64,000 nucleotides of DNA from Haplodiscus bocki. Taxonomy: Eukaryota. The stretch is taken from the NCBI GenBank assembly GCA_965655095.1, contig OZ296658.1, positions 31,496,001 through 31,560,000 of the forward strand, written 5' to 3'. Shown here piece by piece: positions 1 to 13,104 of this stretch (positions within the stretch are counted from its first letter, which is position 1; each line of letters opens with the position of its first letter). The notes under the pieces are model-generated. The model was not told the DNA's origin. It ran no database searches and was given only the letters and a program-made list of their open reading frames with translations. The translations under genes and the position numbers were made by a program.

Positions 1-729
1 CCTAAGAAAAGCAATATTGTTATAACTTAAATTAAAAAAAATAAATAAAAAATTATATAGATAAAAAAATAGAAATATAAATACAAAAACGAAAAAATAT
101 AAAATTTTAAATAAATAAATAATTATAAAAAAAACATATTATATAAATAAATTATATATTATAAATAAATTTTATGACTTTCAAGTACAAATTTTTCAGA
201 AGCTCTAAAGTTTCATCATGTGCAGGACGCACTATTTTTATTGGTGCTGTTCCTTCATCCTTAATCATTTATCTCAAAAGGTTTATTCTTAATTGTGAAT
301 CAAATGCTCTAGTATTAAAAGAAATGTCTAATTGAAACTGACCTCCTGTATACAAGTAAGATAGGGCTTTCAGATAATAGATATCCCCTGACGTGTTTTA
401 TCCCTTCACAATGACAAACTTTGCCACAGTAGCCAAGATCGTAAAATAACGGTTTTTCTACATAAATTTAAGCATTTATAAATTCTTTCTAATTGTTTAT
501 TCAAAATTTTTCAGAGTTAATCTTAATCACTCTGTAATGATCCGAATTGTAATTTTTTTGTTTTAATTTTGCGTTTTATACCTCGTCGGGTGTTCAATTC
601 TTTGGGATTTAATAAAGTTTTTGGCATTGAAAGATCATTTTTCTTTAAGGAACACAGTTTTTATGTTAGATTTTAAACCTTGCACCAAGCTTCTCCAAAA
701 TTAATTCAGCTCCTCAATCAATTTACATG

Positions 730-929
730 NNNNNNNNNNNNNNNNNNNNNNNNNNNNNNNNNNNNNNNNNNNNNNNNNNNNNNNNNNNNNNNNNNNNNNN
801 NNNNNNNNNNNNNNNNNNNNNNNNNNNNNNNNNNNNNNNNNNNNNNNNNNNNNNNNNNNNNNNNNNNNNNNNNNNNNNNNNNNNNNNNNNNNNNNNNNNN
901 NNNNNNNNNNNNNNNNNNNNNNNNNNNNN
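730..929. other. Assembly gap (200 N)
   Basis: Run of n from 730 to 929. Confidence 0.99.
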
Positions 930-1299
930 CGAATGTCTTTTTGTCATATTTTTATGAACGCAAAAGTATCGTCTGGAATGTGGTTTCACAGTTATTCGAT
1001 CAAGTATGGCTAAACATCTTAGGTCGGCTGCGCGTCTCATAAAAACAGGGCTTTCTTCGAGGGGTGAAACTTGAGAAACAATTGTTAACACAAGTGAAAA
1101 AGAAATATATTTGCTTAGTCAAAACTTTTTGCGAAATTGATCAAATTAAGAAAAAGACGGTTCGAAATTTACGAAAATGATGCTAAAGTTAACCAAATTG
1201 ATTAGCGTCTTCGAACCCAATGTCAATTTCTTGAAAAATTTTGGCGGAATTGTGAAAAAATGCAATCGAGAGATTAAGAGTTTTCCATGATAAAGTTAC

Positions 1300-4200
1300 T
1301 TGAAGACGAAGAAGCATCCTAGGCTGGTTGGAAAATCTAATAACGATTCATAAGGTTTACCAAACAAAATACCCTCTACCAAATAAGCCCAGTCCTTCAA
1401 ATTTAAAGGAAAACTCTTATCGATTCAGTGGTAAAAACCTTTTCAAGGTTGGTTAGAAAATTGTAACAGATCAGCATGATAGGAGCCATATTAATTCACA
1501 AGTGAACGTTTTCCCAATTCTACAGTATTATGATTGACACCCAGCGCAAAAGTCAAACAACTTTGAGAACTATCCCGATTATACTCGAATCTAATCGGAC
1601 AATTAAAATTTAAACTCCAACAGAGTTGTGTGTGTTTTTTAGAGAAAGTTAACGAAAACACAATAATTAGGGAAAAACTATTTATTATTTTGAAGATGAT
1701 TCAGATGTTAACAAAAATAAAACTGGAATCGGGGAAAGAGTCAATGGGAAGCTTGCATCGAAAACAATCAACTTAAAGTGGGACTTTATCAAGATTACCT
1801 GTTTGTGTGAAAAATTTCATTAACCAGTTTAAATTACTCAAATTGGAGGGAGTTATGTGAAGTTGCCAATCAAAAACAAACTGTCTTAAACAACAAAAAT
1901 TATGATAAAAACTGTGCAGTGTGGTCGTTATTAGCTCATCTTCACCCTTTAGTTGGTATCGTTTGTGGTACTTCTAGATAAAAACCTCATTTCAATGAAA
2001 TAATGAAAGATGGTATAAAGTTTTCAGACGGTTTGAAAAATGAAGAGATTCCTACACTTGAATCGAGGAATGGGTTAAAAATTAATGTTTATAAGTTGCA
2101 ACACAAAGATAGAACATCGACAATGTTGCCAAAATATATACACAATGAAGATTTTTTTACTTTGAACGTTGCCCCTGAATCTATTGATTTTTCGTGGTAT
2201 TAAAATCTTTATTGTTAGAGTGAAAACCTACATGGGCTTCTATGAAATCCTCAGCAGACTTCTGGATGTCAAATTTGTTTAGGTTCATATCACAAAGAAA
2301 AAAATTGAAAAAACGCCTTTTTATCGGTCCTCAAAGTGATCCTTACATAATGAAGTTCTCTAAAAATGAATTTTTTTCTTGGAGCTCAAAAATCTATAAA
2401 AAAACCAATAAATTATAGAAGTTTTGCAACTTTTGTTAGTTACAATTTACCTCAACTGGAGTTTTTTAAGAATGCAGATGATTTCCCCAAAAAACTGAGA
2501 ATGTTGATCATCAAAAGGCTAAAGCAGATGAATACAACATCAAATCTGAATTACCTAGGTTGCAAGCAGGACGTTTAGAGTCTGACTATGATCATAATTT
2601 GGATCCTAAGAGTCTTGAAGTTTTCATAAATGCTATGGTTGACCAAGAAACAAAAAAGAATAAGTACTTTACATATCTTGCAAAAACTGAATTGACAATG
2701 GAAAAAAAAGGATGGAACTAGTTCCATTGGAAGTGAGAATTGATTTTCCTGCAATCAGTTTCTGGTTGAGATAATGTAAAAAAAGTGAGAGATCCTTGTC
2801 TTTTAAGAGAAAGGTATAGAGTTGCCACGCATAGTTCATATTACATAAACGCTCAACAAGCTAGACTTGTTCCAGTAATTAGACATAAGCTTAGCAATTA
2901 CTAATCACCCTTGTTTTTTAAAAAGCTAGATAGACTGAAAAACGGATAACGTCAAATTTGATGCTCTCCCCAAATTTTTCTAAACTTGAATCAATCAATA
3001 ATATGGATGTCCCCACTTCATTGATTACTTTAGGTTTTTACAATCTAGTTTCAGTCCAATAGGAAAAAGAGTTACCGAAGAAGATTTGGAACCGACGCTG
3101 GAAGTACTGGTTTCTCTAGAGATTTTCTGAGAAAAAACAATAGCTTTTGCTTGTGAATATTCTAATTCCTCACAAGATTACGACAAACCTTCAGGTCAAC
3201 TTAGGAAAGACGTCTTGAAGACTTTTCTAAATGATGGTCCTCCAAACGATGAAACAACCGAACCTTTCAAATAGTGAAGGCAGTTAGATTACGCTCTGGT
3301 AAAGATACAACGTTTTTTTGTCTAAAATGAGATCTTTGTGTTTTGATAGATGTCTTTGAAAAACTCATTAGACTTGCCTTTAAGGAACACAAAATCAATC
3401 TTTGGTATTGTGTTAGTCTCCCGGAATCACTTGGCAATGTGGTGTAATCTATTCTGGTATTAAAATACAAAAGTATTCAATACAAAGAATTTTTCCGAAC
3501 AATACAGAACAATATTAGAGCTGGTATTTCGAGTTTATTAGGTGATAGATTTGTTGAAAGCACTGAAAACACAAAAAATTTAAAAGTTGATGCCAACACT
3601 TTTAATTGATGGGCTTTAAGCCAACCTTTACCATATCAGGACTTTATTTTTAACATTAGTGTACCTCTAGAGACTGTCGTGGAAAGTGATGATCATGCTG
3701 AAACTGGATGTTTCCGTGGATTTGTTTTGCCTTAACCCAGATACATGAGAAAAAAACAAAGATCTTCTCAATTTTCCCAGGAAAAAAGGGGCTATTATTG
3801 ATATTTTCTCTGACCATATGCCTCACATAAAACCAAAAAACTATAAACCATATACTAGATTACCAGTTTATTAGAGCAGCACTTTCAGATATGGTATCCT
3901 TTATCGATATCGGAACTCTTTGGTAGGACGGGGAATGTTCATCACTAAGGTTCTTAGAGTCGTATCTTTTAAAAACAAAGCTTGGTTAGAACCCTATACT
4001 GCGGTAAATACCACAAAGAGAGGCTGCTACCGACGATAAATCTGAGAAAGAACATTTAAAATTTCTAGATAGAGCATATTATGGTAAAACAATGAAAAAT
4101 GTTGAAAATCGGTTGAAAATAAGGTTTATATTTTAAATTGATGAAACAAAAGTAAAATGACAAAATGAAATTGATTTCGATGGAGTGAAGTTTTTTGACG

Positions 4201-4860
4201 ATTCAGATTTTAGTTTTGATGTTAGTTCGTTTAAACCACTGGAAGTTTCACTCGAAAGACCAATCAACCTAAGTTTTACCGTTCTGGAGTTGTCTAAGGC
4301 ATTTATGTATGAAACTTACTTACTTTGATAAATTACAACCAATCATTGATTAAAATCACGAAGGTAATCCAAAACATGATTATTTGAATTCGAGACGTTT
4401 GTGTTATTTTTGAAGCCTATGGATATTATTAATGATTTAGAAAAGCTACAAGTTAAAAAAGATTTTTGATTTTAGCAATCTAACAAACTACCCCAAACTA
4501 TTTTCTACTGAAGACAAAAGAGGTTTTGGTAATTTCAAAATCAAAACACCTGCCTCCCTAACGATGGATAAAGTCTTGGCTTTAACATCAACGGTATATG
4601 CCCTTAACTGCAACAACACAGAGGTGCAATGGACCAAAAAATAAAAGGTAAAATTAAAAAAAACAATGAAGTCTATCAACTTTAGTGAATATTAGAATTG
4701 CCTATCTTTAGAATTTAAACCCAAGAAAGTTGGTTACGTTAACTGAAACAAAATTTATGAAATGTATTTACAAAAGGTAAATGAACTCGCTCTGCATGCA
4801 TTTGATGATAAACGAATGCAGTTGAACAACATTGGAAGCGAACAAAGAGGTACGTAGTAA
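1300..4860 (+). pseudogene. Degenerate Maverick/Polinton-like protein-primed family-B DNA polymerase relic
   Basis: Collinear decayed motifs across frames: GGSYVKLP / NCAVWSLLAHLHP (~1845-1950), VRDPCLL..YRVATH (~2785, cf. VRDHCHLTG.YRG.AH), FIDYFRFL (~3017), DLCVLIDVFE (~3330), NIRAGIS..DANT..WALSQPLP (~3510-3635, cf. DANNLYGWAM), YYGKTMKNV (~4077, cf. N..FGKTMENV), LELSKAFMYE (~4285), AFDDKR (~4800). Many stops and frameshifts; start boundary approximate. Confidence 0.75.
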
Positions 4861-6420
4861 GTGATACCCCGAGCACCTTCAATATTTAACACTGATAATA
4901 CAAATTCTCTAATACCAATAAAATTTCTCAATGATTCTAATGCTTCTTTAAAACTTAACATTCACGTTTTCTGGTATTAGGTCTCCAACCCTAACAATTG
5001 GAATCCATATATTAGTTCTAGTTTCGAGATTATCCAGCTTGGGAAATTCATCATTAGTAATACAGAAAGACTTGCTATATAAATCTTGTTCAAAATGTCC
5101 ATTCATTATAGCTCCAAAGTCTTTTCAAAATTCATCTTCTATGTTTTAAAGTCTTTCGATTCTGTAATCATCAAATATGTGCACCGAAATTCGTCTAATT
5201 CTTTCACATTTGTTGTTGTGAAAAACGTTTTCCAGAAATCATTTTCAAAATTAGCATTTTCGTCACCAGTTAATTTTCTGGTTGGGTTATAAAGTTTTTA
5301 ATAACAGTAAGCTCTTTTATGTAAATGTCTTCCAAAAAAAGTGAGTTTATCCGTTCTTCAAACATGTGAACCTCTCACGAAGTTGACAATAATTATCTTC
5401 TAAGGTTGACATTTAAATTGAGATTTAAAATGATCAATTGTCTAAGACAATTTTTGTCATAAACATATACTACAATAAAAAATGCTATGAATTACAACAA
5501 TTCTCTATATATTTCATTGTTTTACAACCTGAAAGTCAGATTAATTTTGATTCGAATGTAGACAAAAATTATTTGGTGAGCGTCCACGTCCGAAACCAAA
5601 TGTTAAGAAATTATCTAGAATTGACTTTTATACCCCACCGAAGAGTGATGGTGAAACTGTAAAGGCCATGACACAACAAGCCCTCGGGTGGCCACCAGAA
5701 TGAAACGACGGACCGAGGAGTGAAATCCCAAAAAGAGAAATTCCAAATCCCACGAAGATCAGAGAAAAAAATTACATCTTATTCCTTCCATTTTAAGGGC
5801 TTAATTAAAGGAGTTTCTGTTGGTGTTTTTGTTTAGGCTACTGAGGAGAAAATACCCAACCATCAGGATCAAGCATCCCCAAGTTTTACAGGACAATTTT
5901 ACATTCAAGTTCTGCGTAAAAGTTTTGGCATGTCAAAAATTCACAAATTGAACTCCCAGTAATTCCAGAGCCCAAAACGTAATTTGAAGCATTATAATTG
6001 CAGGAATCGGAGGTGCGAAGGATTTTCCGTGGTCTCGAACTTGGTAACGGTTGACCTGCACTATGCAGCTAGAGCCTGTTGAAGGTTTCTACTTCACTTG
6101 AATACCAGGAGTAGCCAATGTTTATATCAAGCATTAGCTTGCGAAATTAATCATTATTTTTTTGAAAAACCTAAAGATCCATTGCTTGTGATTATTGGGC
6201 TAACGAATAATAGAATCAAGGGAGAAAACATGAAAATTCTGCCAAACCAGAGCCAAAAAGAGTTAAGTTTAGAGTGGTTCATTTTCCAGAAGTGTCTCAT
6301 AGACTTTTGCGCAAACAGTAGTTCTAAAAATACATTTTTTTAAAACTCAGCTAGAAAAGCAAATCAAGTGCTTCCCTGCTAAATTGAACAATTGAATCCT
6401 ATGAACTGAACTAACATAAG

Positions 6421-7805
6421 TGTCGTGTTCTACATACAGCAGAAAGAAAAAGAAAAAGAAAAGCTGTGAAAAACTAGAATTAAAACTGTATTATTTTAAA
6501 TCCGCCATTTTGACTGCCGTTGCGCAAGTTCGAACATGACCCGAATTTGTTTACAAACAAGAACTAACACCGCCATGACACCTACCTTATATGGACATCG
6601 GCGTCACTCAACTGCACAATAGACTTAATTCCCGAGATAATAACGTCATCTGACGTCATCTGACGTCATGTGTGTATTAATATTATGAATACTGACGACT
6701 CCCAAGTCACGTGACTAGGTCACGTGACTGACGTCAATCTCGGAGCCACTCCTGTGCTATCTTCATTCTGATTCGCTCCCGAGAGCACAAAATTTAGTAA
6801 AAATTGCGGCCGAAATTTGCACCTTCAGAGAGGCGCCTTTCCAGCTCAGATCAGATGTCCAACGATCCGTGAAGTCACTCCACCCATTTTCCAACAACAG
6901 CAGTTCGAGCCCAGTGCAGTATTCTTTGAGCGGTTATGTTTTCACTTTTGTTTTTATTTCTAACCTTTTCTTTGGATGATATTTTCTCTATAATCTAACT
7001 TTAACTCTCTTTTGATGTAAACTAAATAACCAAGTAGCCAAGCTTAACTCCTAACTAATAAAAACAGTAAAATAACTAAGTTTAACTTTAACTTTAAAAC
7101 TTAAACTTTACTTTAACTTTATTTAACTTTAACTTTAAACTAAGATATAAAATTGTGTATCTGTTCAAATCCTCTGTGAGGTGGTCTCGTCAAGTACGGA
7201 CTTAACAGCCTTGGTCACGTACCGGCTTGATATTTGGAAAATACTCAAGTCCTCTTTGAGGTAGTTTCGCAAGTCAGACTTATTCAACCTTGGTCACGCA
7301 CCGGTTGCTAAAATACTTAAATATCACTAGACCTAATAAGTTTTCTTGTTTTAACAATCTCTTAAGGTTGACTGATGATTCTTTTAGACGTCCTTGTTTT
7401 CATAATATTTATAATACTTTTCCGCCTTTATATCTTACCTTTACGATTTGTATCTTGCTTTATTCTGTTTGCCTTGATATTTTAATACTGTTAACTTTTC
7501 TGATATTTTGTTTTTCTGAAGTTGTTGATAATTGTAAGTCACCAGTTGATACTACGTCTGAAACTAATTCATCTGTTTATAATAACAAGGTTTCTTCACA
7601 ATATTCACCAGATAGAAAAAGTCCTTCCTTTCGAACTCACGCCTGAGACGACCTTTGTTGAAGTGCAGGAAGGCAACGGTCGCAAAATTGAATTAGGAGA
7701 CTTGTCCTGAGTTTCGGGATAGTTTCTGACTTGGAATAGAGTGGCTTTTGAGACTTTCCACTGCTATTTCATCAACCCAAAACCACACCATTTACGCACT
7801 TGACA
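6421..7805 (+). repeat. 5' LTR of element A
   Basis: Begins TGTC, ends GACA (inverted termini); aligns along its whole length with 17242-18619, with scattered substitutions and small indels. Confidence 0.95.
6502..6736 (+). promoter_or_regulatory. U3 enhancer-like motif cluster in LTR A (YY1, CRE, E-box)
   Basis: CCGCCATTTT (6502-6511); TGACGTCA at 6651, 6661 and 6729; GTCACGTGAC palindromes at 6706 and 6719. Mostly retained in the 3' LTR. Function inferred from consensus match only. Confidence 0.6.
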
Positions 7806-8110
7806 AACTGGTGCGACCAGTGAGGCAGATCAAACTAACAATCCACAAACTGGTGAAAGAACAGTGAGGCTGATCAACCTAACATTCCACAAACTGGTGA
7901 AAAAACAGTGAGGCAGATCAACCTACACAAACTGGTGAGTGAGGCCCTATCGCAAAACACAACACACTGGTGAGACCGATCATAACAAACCAGTGAGACT
8001 ACCACACAAACTGGTGTGACCAAAAAGACAGTGAGGCAGACACACGAACTGCTGAGACTATCTAACTAGTGTGATACCCGATCATACTCCATAAACTGCT
8101 GAGACTTGAA
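7803..8110 (+). repeat. PBS and array of PBS-like repeats (ACAAACTGGTG...CAGTGAGGCAGATCA)
   Basis: TGGTGCGACC 3 nt after the LTR end, then about 6-8 degenerate copies of acaaactggtg at ~35-50 nt spacing. Confidence 0.75.
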
Positions 8111-8228
8111 CATTTGCAGTAAGATAAACCTCAATTGGTGCATGAAAATTTTAATGTCTTACTTTACTTTAAACTGATAAAATAATCCGTCGAGAGACAG
8201 ACACCCACGAAATCAGACACCACTGACG

Positions 8229-10892
8229 ATGGCAGAGAACACAGTATCATTCCCCGACTTGGCTTTAGACAAATTCTCAGGTAACGACCCTCATCAAGAT
8301 GCAAAATCATTTCTTCTCACAGTTGAAAACAAAATCAATTTCTCGCTTGGATCAAGACCAACTGACATTGCCGGAAGAGCACGATATCTGTTCAAAAAGA
8401 AAGCACTATTTTCTTCACTTCTTCGAGGACCAGAAACAGAATGGCATGCAGACTCAATAAACGATGCAGCAACTTGGGACCAGATCAGAACCGCTTTCAT
8501 CGATTGATTTTCAGATGACCGAGACAAATACAGACACAGAATCGCAGCAGAGAATTGTGTACGAGGCAACGAAGAACTAATCAAAAACTTTTATGACAGA
8601 GTCAAAAGTGCAGTTGACAAAGGATGAACACTAGACCCAAATGGAACCAATGCCGAAAGAGACAACCAACAGAATCAAAGAAATTCCTAATACATCGAAT
8701 TCACAGTTAGAGGACTCAGACCAAATGGATTAAACAGAAAAGCCCATGAATACCTGATCGAACACCCGAATGCAACTTGGGATGCCTTCCAAACGCATAT
8801 CACGTCCAAAGACGTCATCTAAACAATCAGCTCAGAGCTAGTGCCTAACGCCACCTCTGATCAGATCACAAAACTCCACTCCATAGAGCAACTGATCAAA
8901 GAACTCAATGCGTTATTCAAAGAGCAACAAGTGAACCAAGTCACTCAGCCTAATCCCCGACCTGCGAACGTTGATAACAAGTCGAGACAGAATATGACTA
9001 GATTCCGTTCATATTGCCGAAGAAATGGACACACTCTCATGTACTGCAGAACTAAAGCCTACGCTGATGAGAAAAGACAACAGACACGGAACAACCAAGA
9101 GCGCCGAACAGTCTTCACCCATGATTACAATAAACGAAAAGCACCGAAATTTGGGTCTCAGAATAATCAAAATTTCAGTCAGCAACCCAGATAGGGAAAC
9201 CAAAATAACCAGACACCCTACCGACAGACTGGCTTCAACCCAGATAGGAACAGAAACCCAAACTCAGATAGACAGTACCAGCAAACCAGATCAAGTAACT
9301 CCTGGAACAACGGACCAGATCACCGTCAGCAGACTCAGTATAACTTCAATGCTAGACCAGAGAAATCTGATACTCAGTACAACAGGAACTTTCCACAGAG
9401 CAACAATCTGCCTACACCCAACTCAGTCCAATTCATCGATGACTACGATACAAACATGATAAGTGATCTTTCCTTTTGCAATCAAGTTAGACAGCAAGCG
9501 TCCCATTCATTCCGATTTGCAGACAGTTATGATTCTCTTTGCTACAAAATCTATATACAAGACATTGAAGAACAAAACCTTAGACTCAAAACTGAACGAA
9601 TTGAACCTCATGCTGAAACCTATACTGAGGTTATCAAACCCCTGATAGAAACACGATGCCGAATCAACTATCCCGAATATGAATCTACTCCTATTCTGAG
9701 CACACCTACCTTGAACATAGAAAGCCAGATCGAAACCGAAAAATCACTCGAAGATTCCTTTGATAAAGAAGAAAGAACTGATAAAAATCAAACTGCAGAA
9801 AAAGACTCTTCTGACTCCTGTTCACACGTATCTATCATCTTCACTACATCTCATACTGAAATAATGAGCAAACCCTTCGAAGAGGAACCGATAGATAAAA
9901 ACCTACACTTTCATTTTGAGCTAATCACAGAACCAAGTGACCCCACTGAAGAAACTAAATCTAACGGAGACACTATTGCCGAAGAACACTTTAACAACAC
10001 AGAGATAAAGAATGCTGATCAATATCGACAATCAAACCTACAGAAAAATTCCCTGCTTGACAAAAAGAAACCGACGCTAAACTTTGCCGTTGATGAACTA
10101 AAACGAGAAACTGAATTCAAACGAATTCACTCGTCAACCTATCAGAGATGTCGCTAAATTACGTCAAAAGCACACGAGCACCGAAACCGATTTAAACTCG
10201 GACGACCTATCAGCATCGGACAAAAAGTCTTTTTAGAAAACCATGCGCAAGACCTCACGAGGTCTCAGAAACTGAAGCAACTACGAGTCAGACCGTTTAC
10301 AGTAACAAAACAAATCACGAATACGACGTACGAAATACGAGAAGATGCAAATACCGATAACGTCAAAATTACGCACAGAAATCACCTCATCGAAAACTTC
10401 CCGAAAGAAGAACGACTCCCTCCGCTTATTACTAACTACGTTGTCATATCCAGAGACTCCGATTTCTATAAGCATTTGATCAATTCGCAAATTGAACAAT
10501 AAAACTCTGGTGAAGAAAAGCACTCCCTTGACGTAATGCCCTTTGTTATAACGCCTATTAAACACAATTTAGATTGTCAACAAAAAGATAATATTGAATC
10601 TTTGCCTAGAGCAGACTCTGGAATAAATTCACCTGCTAGTTCGACGCAATTTTCTCCTGAGAGCCAAAAATCTAGCCCTTATGAAAATAGAGCATTGTTT
10701 CCCCTACCTGAATTTCAATCACAAAATCTACCCTTGACTCCTATGCTTAGACAACCGCACGATCTAACAAATTCGATACGCGATTCCCAACCTTCGAATT
10801 CAAATACCCCACCAAATTTGACTAGTGCTACCGATAAAGGCGAAATAGCCTATTTCGCGACAAAAGTAAAAAAAAAAGTACAAAAGAAGTGA
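8229..10892 (+). pseudogene. gag: gag (capsid-like region + degenerate CCHC knuckle) - acidic linker - integrase C-terminal remnant, all in one frame with nonsense stops
   Basis: ORF pieces starting at 8229, 8841, 9456 and 10536 share one frame. LDKFSG..D and LRGP..EW...TWDQIRTAF are gag-like; (R/C)SYCRRNGHTLMYC is the knuckle; 10158-10500 reads GQKVFLENH..SQKLKQLRVRPFTVTKQITNTTYEI..THRNHL (GPY/F-type integrase tail). No PR/RT/RNase H/DDE motifs. Confidence 0.8.
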
Positions 10893-11829
10893 TCCTAACA
10901 GCTCACTCAGAAAACTAGAGAGAAAAAGATACAAAGACTGAAACAATTTATCAACTATTTACAATATACACAAATTTATTCACCGTCTTTTTCAATATGG
11001 CCCCCTAGCTCAGCCAAATAGCTTGCAATCTCCCGGTATTCAGAGGCTTCCTCCCACCTTTGAATAACCTGCCTCTTCCCAATGTATCCCAAGGACTCAT
11101 ATCCCAACTGGACGGCTTCCAGCTTGTGCCAAAGCATATCTCCGTATGGAGCAACCAGATTAGCCAACCACTGGAACAAAACCACATCATTACTGCAAAT
11201 CAAGAAACATGAACTACTAAAATAACCAGAACATTAATATTACAACTCAAAGAACATCAACTAAAAGAAACTTGAAGAAACTAAAAAGATCACTAATACT
11301 TACATCATCTCCAGCCACAACTTCCAAGACGGTCACGAACGACTGGGAGAAAGACATCTGAATATAGTCGTCTCCTGCGAAAAGTGGCATTCGGAGCTCC
11401 CTCACTAGCCCATGAAGTTTGGCCATCTCTCTGGCGCACAAAAAGTAATTCCATACAGCACCGTATTCAGCCATCTCACAAGAAGAATAAAAATCGAAGA
11501 TTAGAAGAAAGAGCTTAAACACAAAAAAACTTGAAATTTCACTTTCAGGCACCCCCCATGCTAGCTCAAAAAATTCCCAGACAACTTTCTACCCTTTCTG
11601 CAATCCAATTGTTTCCCGAACCCAAAATTTGCTTTTCCAAAAATTTTGTTCAACGGCGCTGGGTCTACTCAGTAGTAGAAACAACTTCGTATGTAAAGAT
11701 AAAGAAATCAGAAACTTACCGTAAAGAAATTCGAAGTCAGACTGACGAGCTCAAAAGAAGAAACACCTTGAAGAAGGAACACCATCTGTTACACAAAACA
11801 AAAACTGACGACAAAAACAAGAAGCCTTT

Positions 11830-12180
11830 GTCTTATACACCCTTTGCTCAACTAGTCTTTTGTTCCACAAAACCTTCTTTCTACCCCCTGCTAGTAAACA
11901 AACCTTCTGGCTTAGTCTTCTATTGTTCTAACCCTCTTTTGTTCTTTTCCTCTATTGTTCAATGCTCCCCTATTGTTCTACACTCCTATTGTTCAACCTT
12001 TCAGTTGTTCTAAGCTCCTTTTGTTTTAAACTTCCATTGTTCTAACTTTCTACTGTTTCACCTTCCTATTGTCTAACTCATCTATTGTTATATTTACCCA
12101 TTGTTCCGCTTGCCTATTGTCAAATCCCTCAACCATGCTACTGCTTTTGATAAACAATCTTTTGTCTATTGTTCTAACAC
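11830..12180 (+). repeat. Pyrimidine-rich degenerate tandem repeat (CTATTGTTC core)
   Basis: About 10 copies of ctattgtt(c) at ~18-20 nt spacing inside element A. Confidence 0.75.
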
Positions 12181-12691
12181 CTCCTGATCCAGTGCCAACC
12201 CACATTCCAGAATTCAAGTTAACAAAGAATTGATGATCATGCTCAATCATGTCCTTCCCCAAAAGAATATCAGGGAGCTCAGAACCGAATTTTGAAAATC
12301 ATGCATTTCACCCTTAAGAACGATTTTCAGTTGCATGCCTAATATTGAAGAAAATTCAAGAAACCTCATCAACTGGTATATCCATCTGATAGAACCGCAA
12401 AACTACCTTCATTGAAGACAAAACTTCACCAGAAGCCAAATAAAGTTGCAGAGACAACTATCCTGATGTATTTTAAAATCAAAAACACCATTGTCGAGAT
12501 ATTCCAATTTGAAAAGAAAAAACCCCATTGCATTCTCCTACACACACGAAACCCTCAGACTAAAGAAAAGAAATTATTTGCCGTCAAAGAAGGAACTCTA
12601 TACTAGCCATTTTTCGAAACAGTCTTCAAGCTTCCACATGCCATTCCGTCCAATCTACACCTAGCCGAACTAACAGCCATAACTGACTACA

Positions 12692-13093
12692 ATGATGTTT
12701 GATCTTGACGAAGATATATACGACGAAAATAAAATTGAAGAAATTGAACTCACCTGCCCATGGACTATAACCTTACCCTCAGGAGCAAGTCATGACTTTA
12801 TGATAACAAAACTCAGATGGTCATTTCAATACCCATCTTGGCTAACAGCTAGTATTTACCCTATTGAAAACCCCTCTAAACCGATCATCCTCTATTTTAA
12901 AAGAGAAACTGTTGCCTTTGCAAAACTTTTCTTCACTCTGACTCTCTACAAGCGATATCCTGAACAGCATCTCACTCAACATGATATTCATACTCTACGA
13001 GAACTAATGGACACTGCAGAATTTCACATGGGAACCTACACAAGCTACTACATAGAAGAATTGAAGAAGATAATACAAAACCAATCCAACTGA
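12692..13093 (+). CDS. Unknown 133-aa accessory ORF of element A
   Basis: ATG-initiated, uninterrupted, globular-like composition, same strand as the element; no recognisable motif. Confidence 0.4.
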   Translation: MMFDLDEDIYDENKIEEIELTCPWTITLPSGASHDFMITKLRWSFQYPSWLTASIYPIENPSKPIILYFKRETVAFAKLFFTLTLYKRYPEQHLTQHDIHTLRELMDTAEFHMGTYTSYYIEELKKIIQNQSN

Positions 13094-13104
13094 AAGTCGT
13101 CATT

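Noticed and set aside
680-1091. ORFs spanning poly-X
   Set aside because: Artefacts of the 200-N gap.
7290-7710. ORFs inside LTR A (repeated at 18269-18524)
   Set aside because: Non-ATG starts; the longer ORF is truncated in the 3' LTR copy; the antisense frame has stops; repetition is explained by LTR duplication.
7803-8110. CRISPR-like repeat/spacer appearance (also 13378-13535 and 37387-38328)
   Set aside because: Repeats are degenerate, spacers resemble each other, context is eukaryotic and there are no cas genes.
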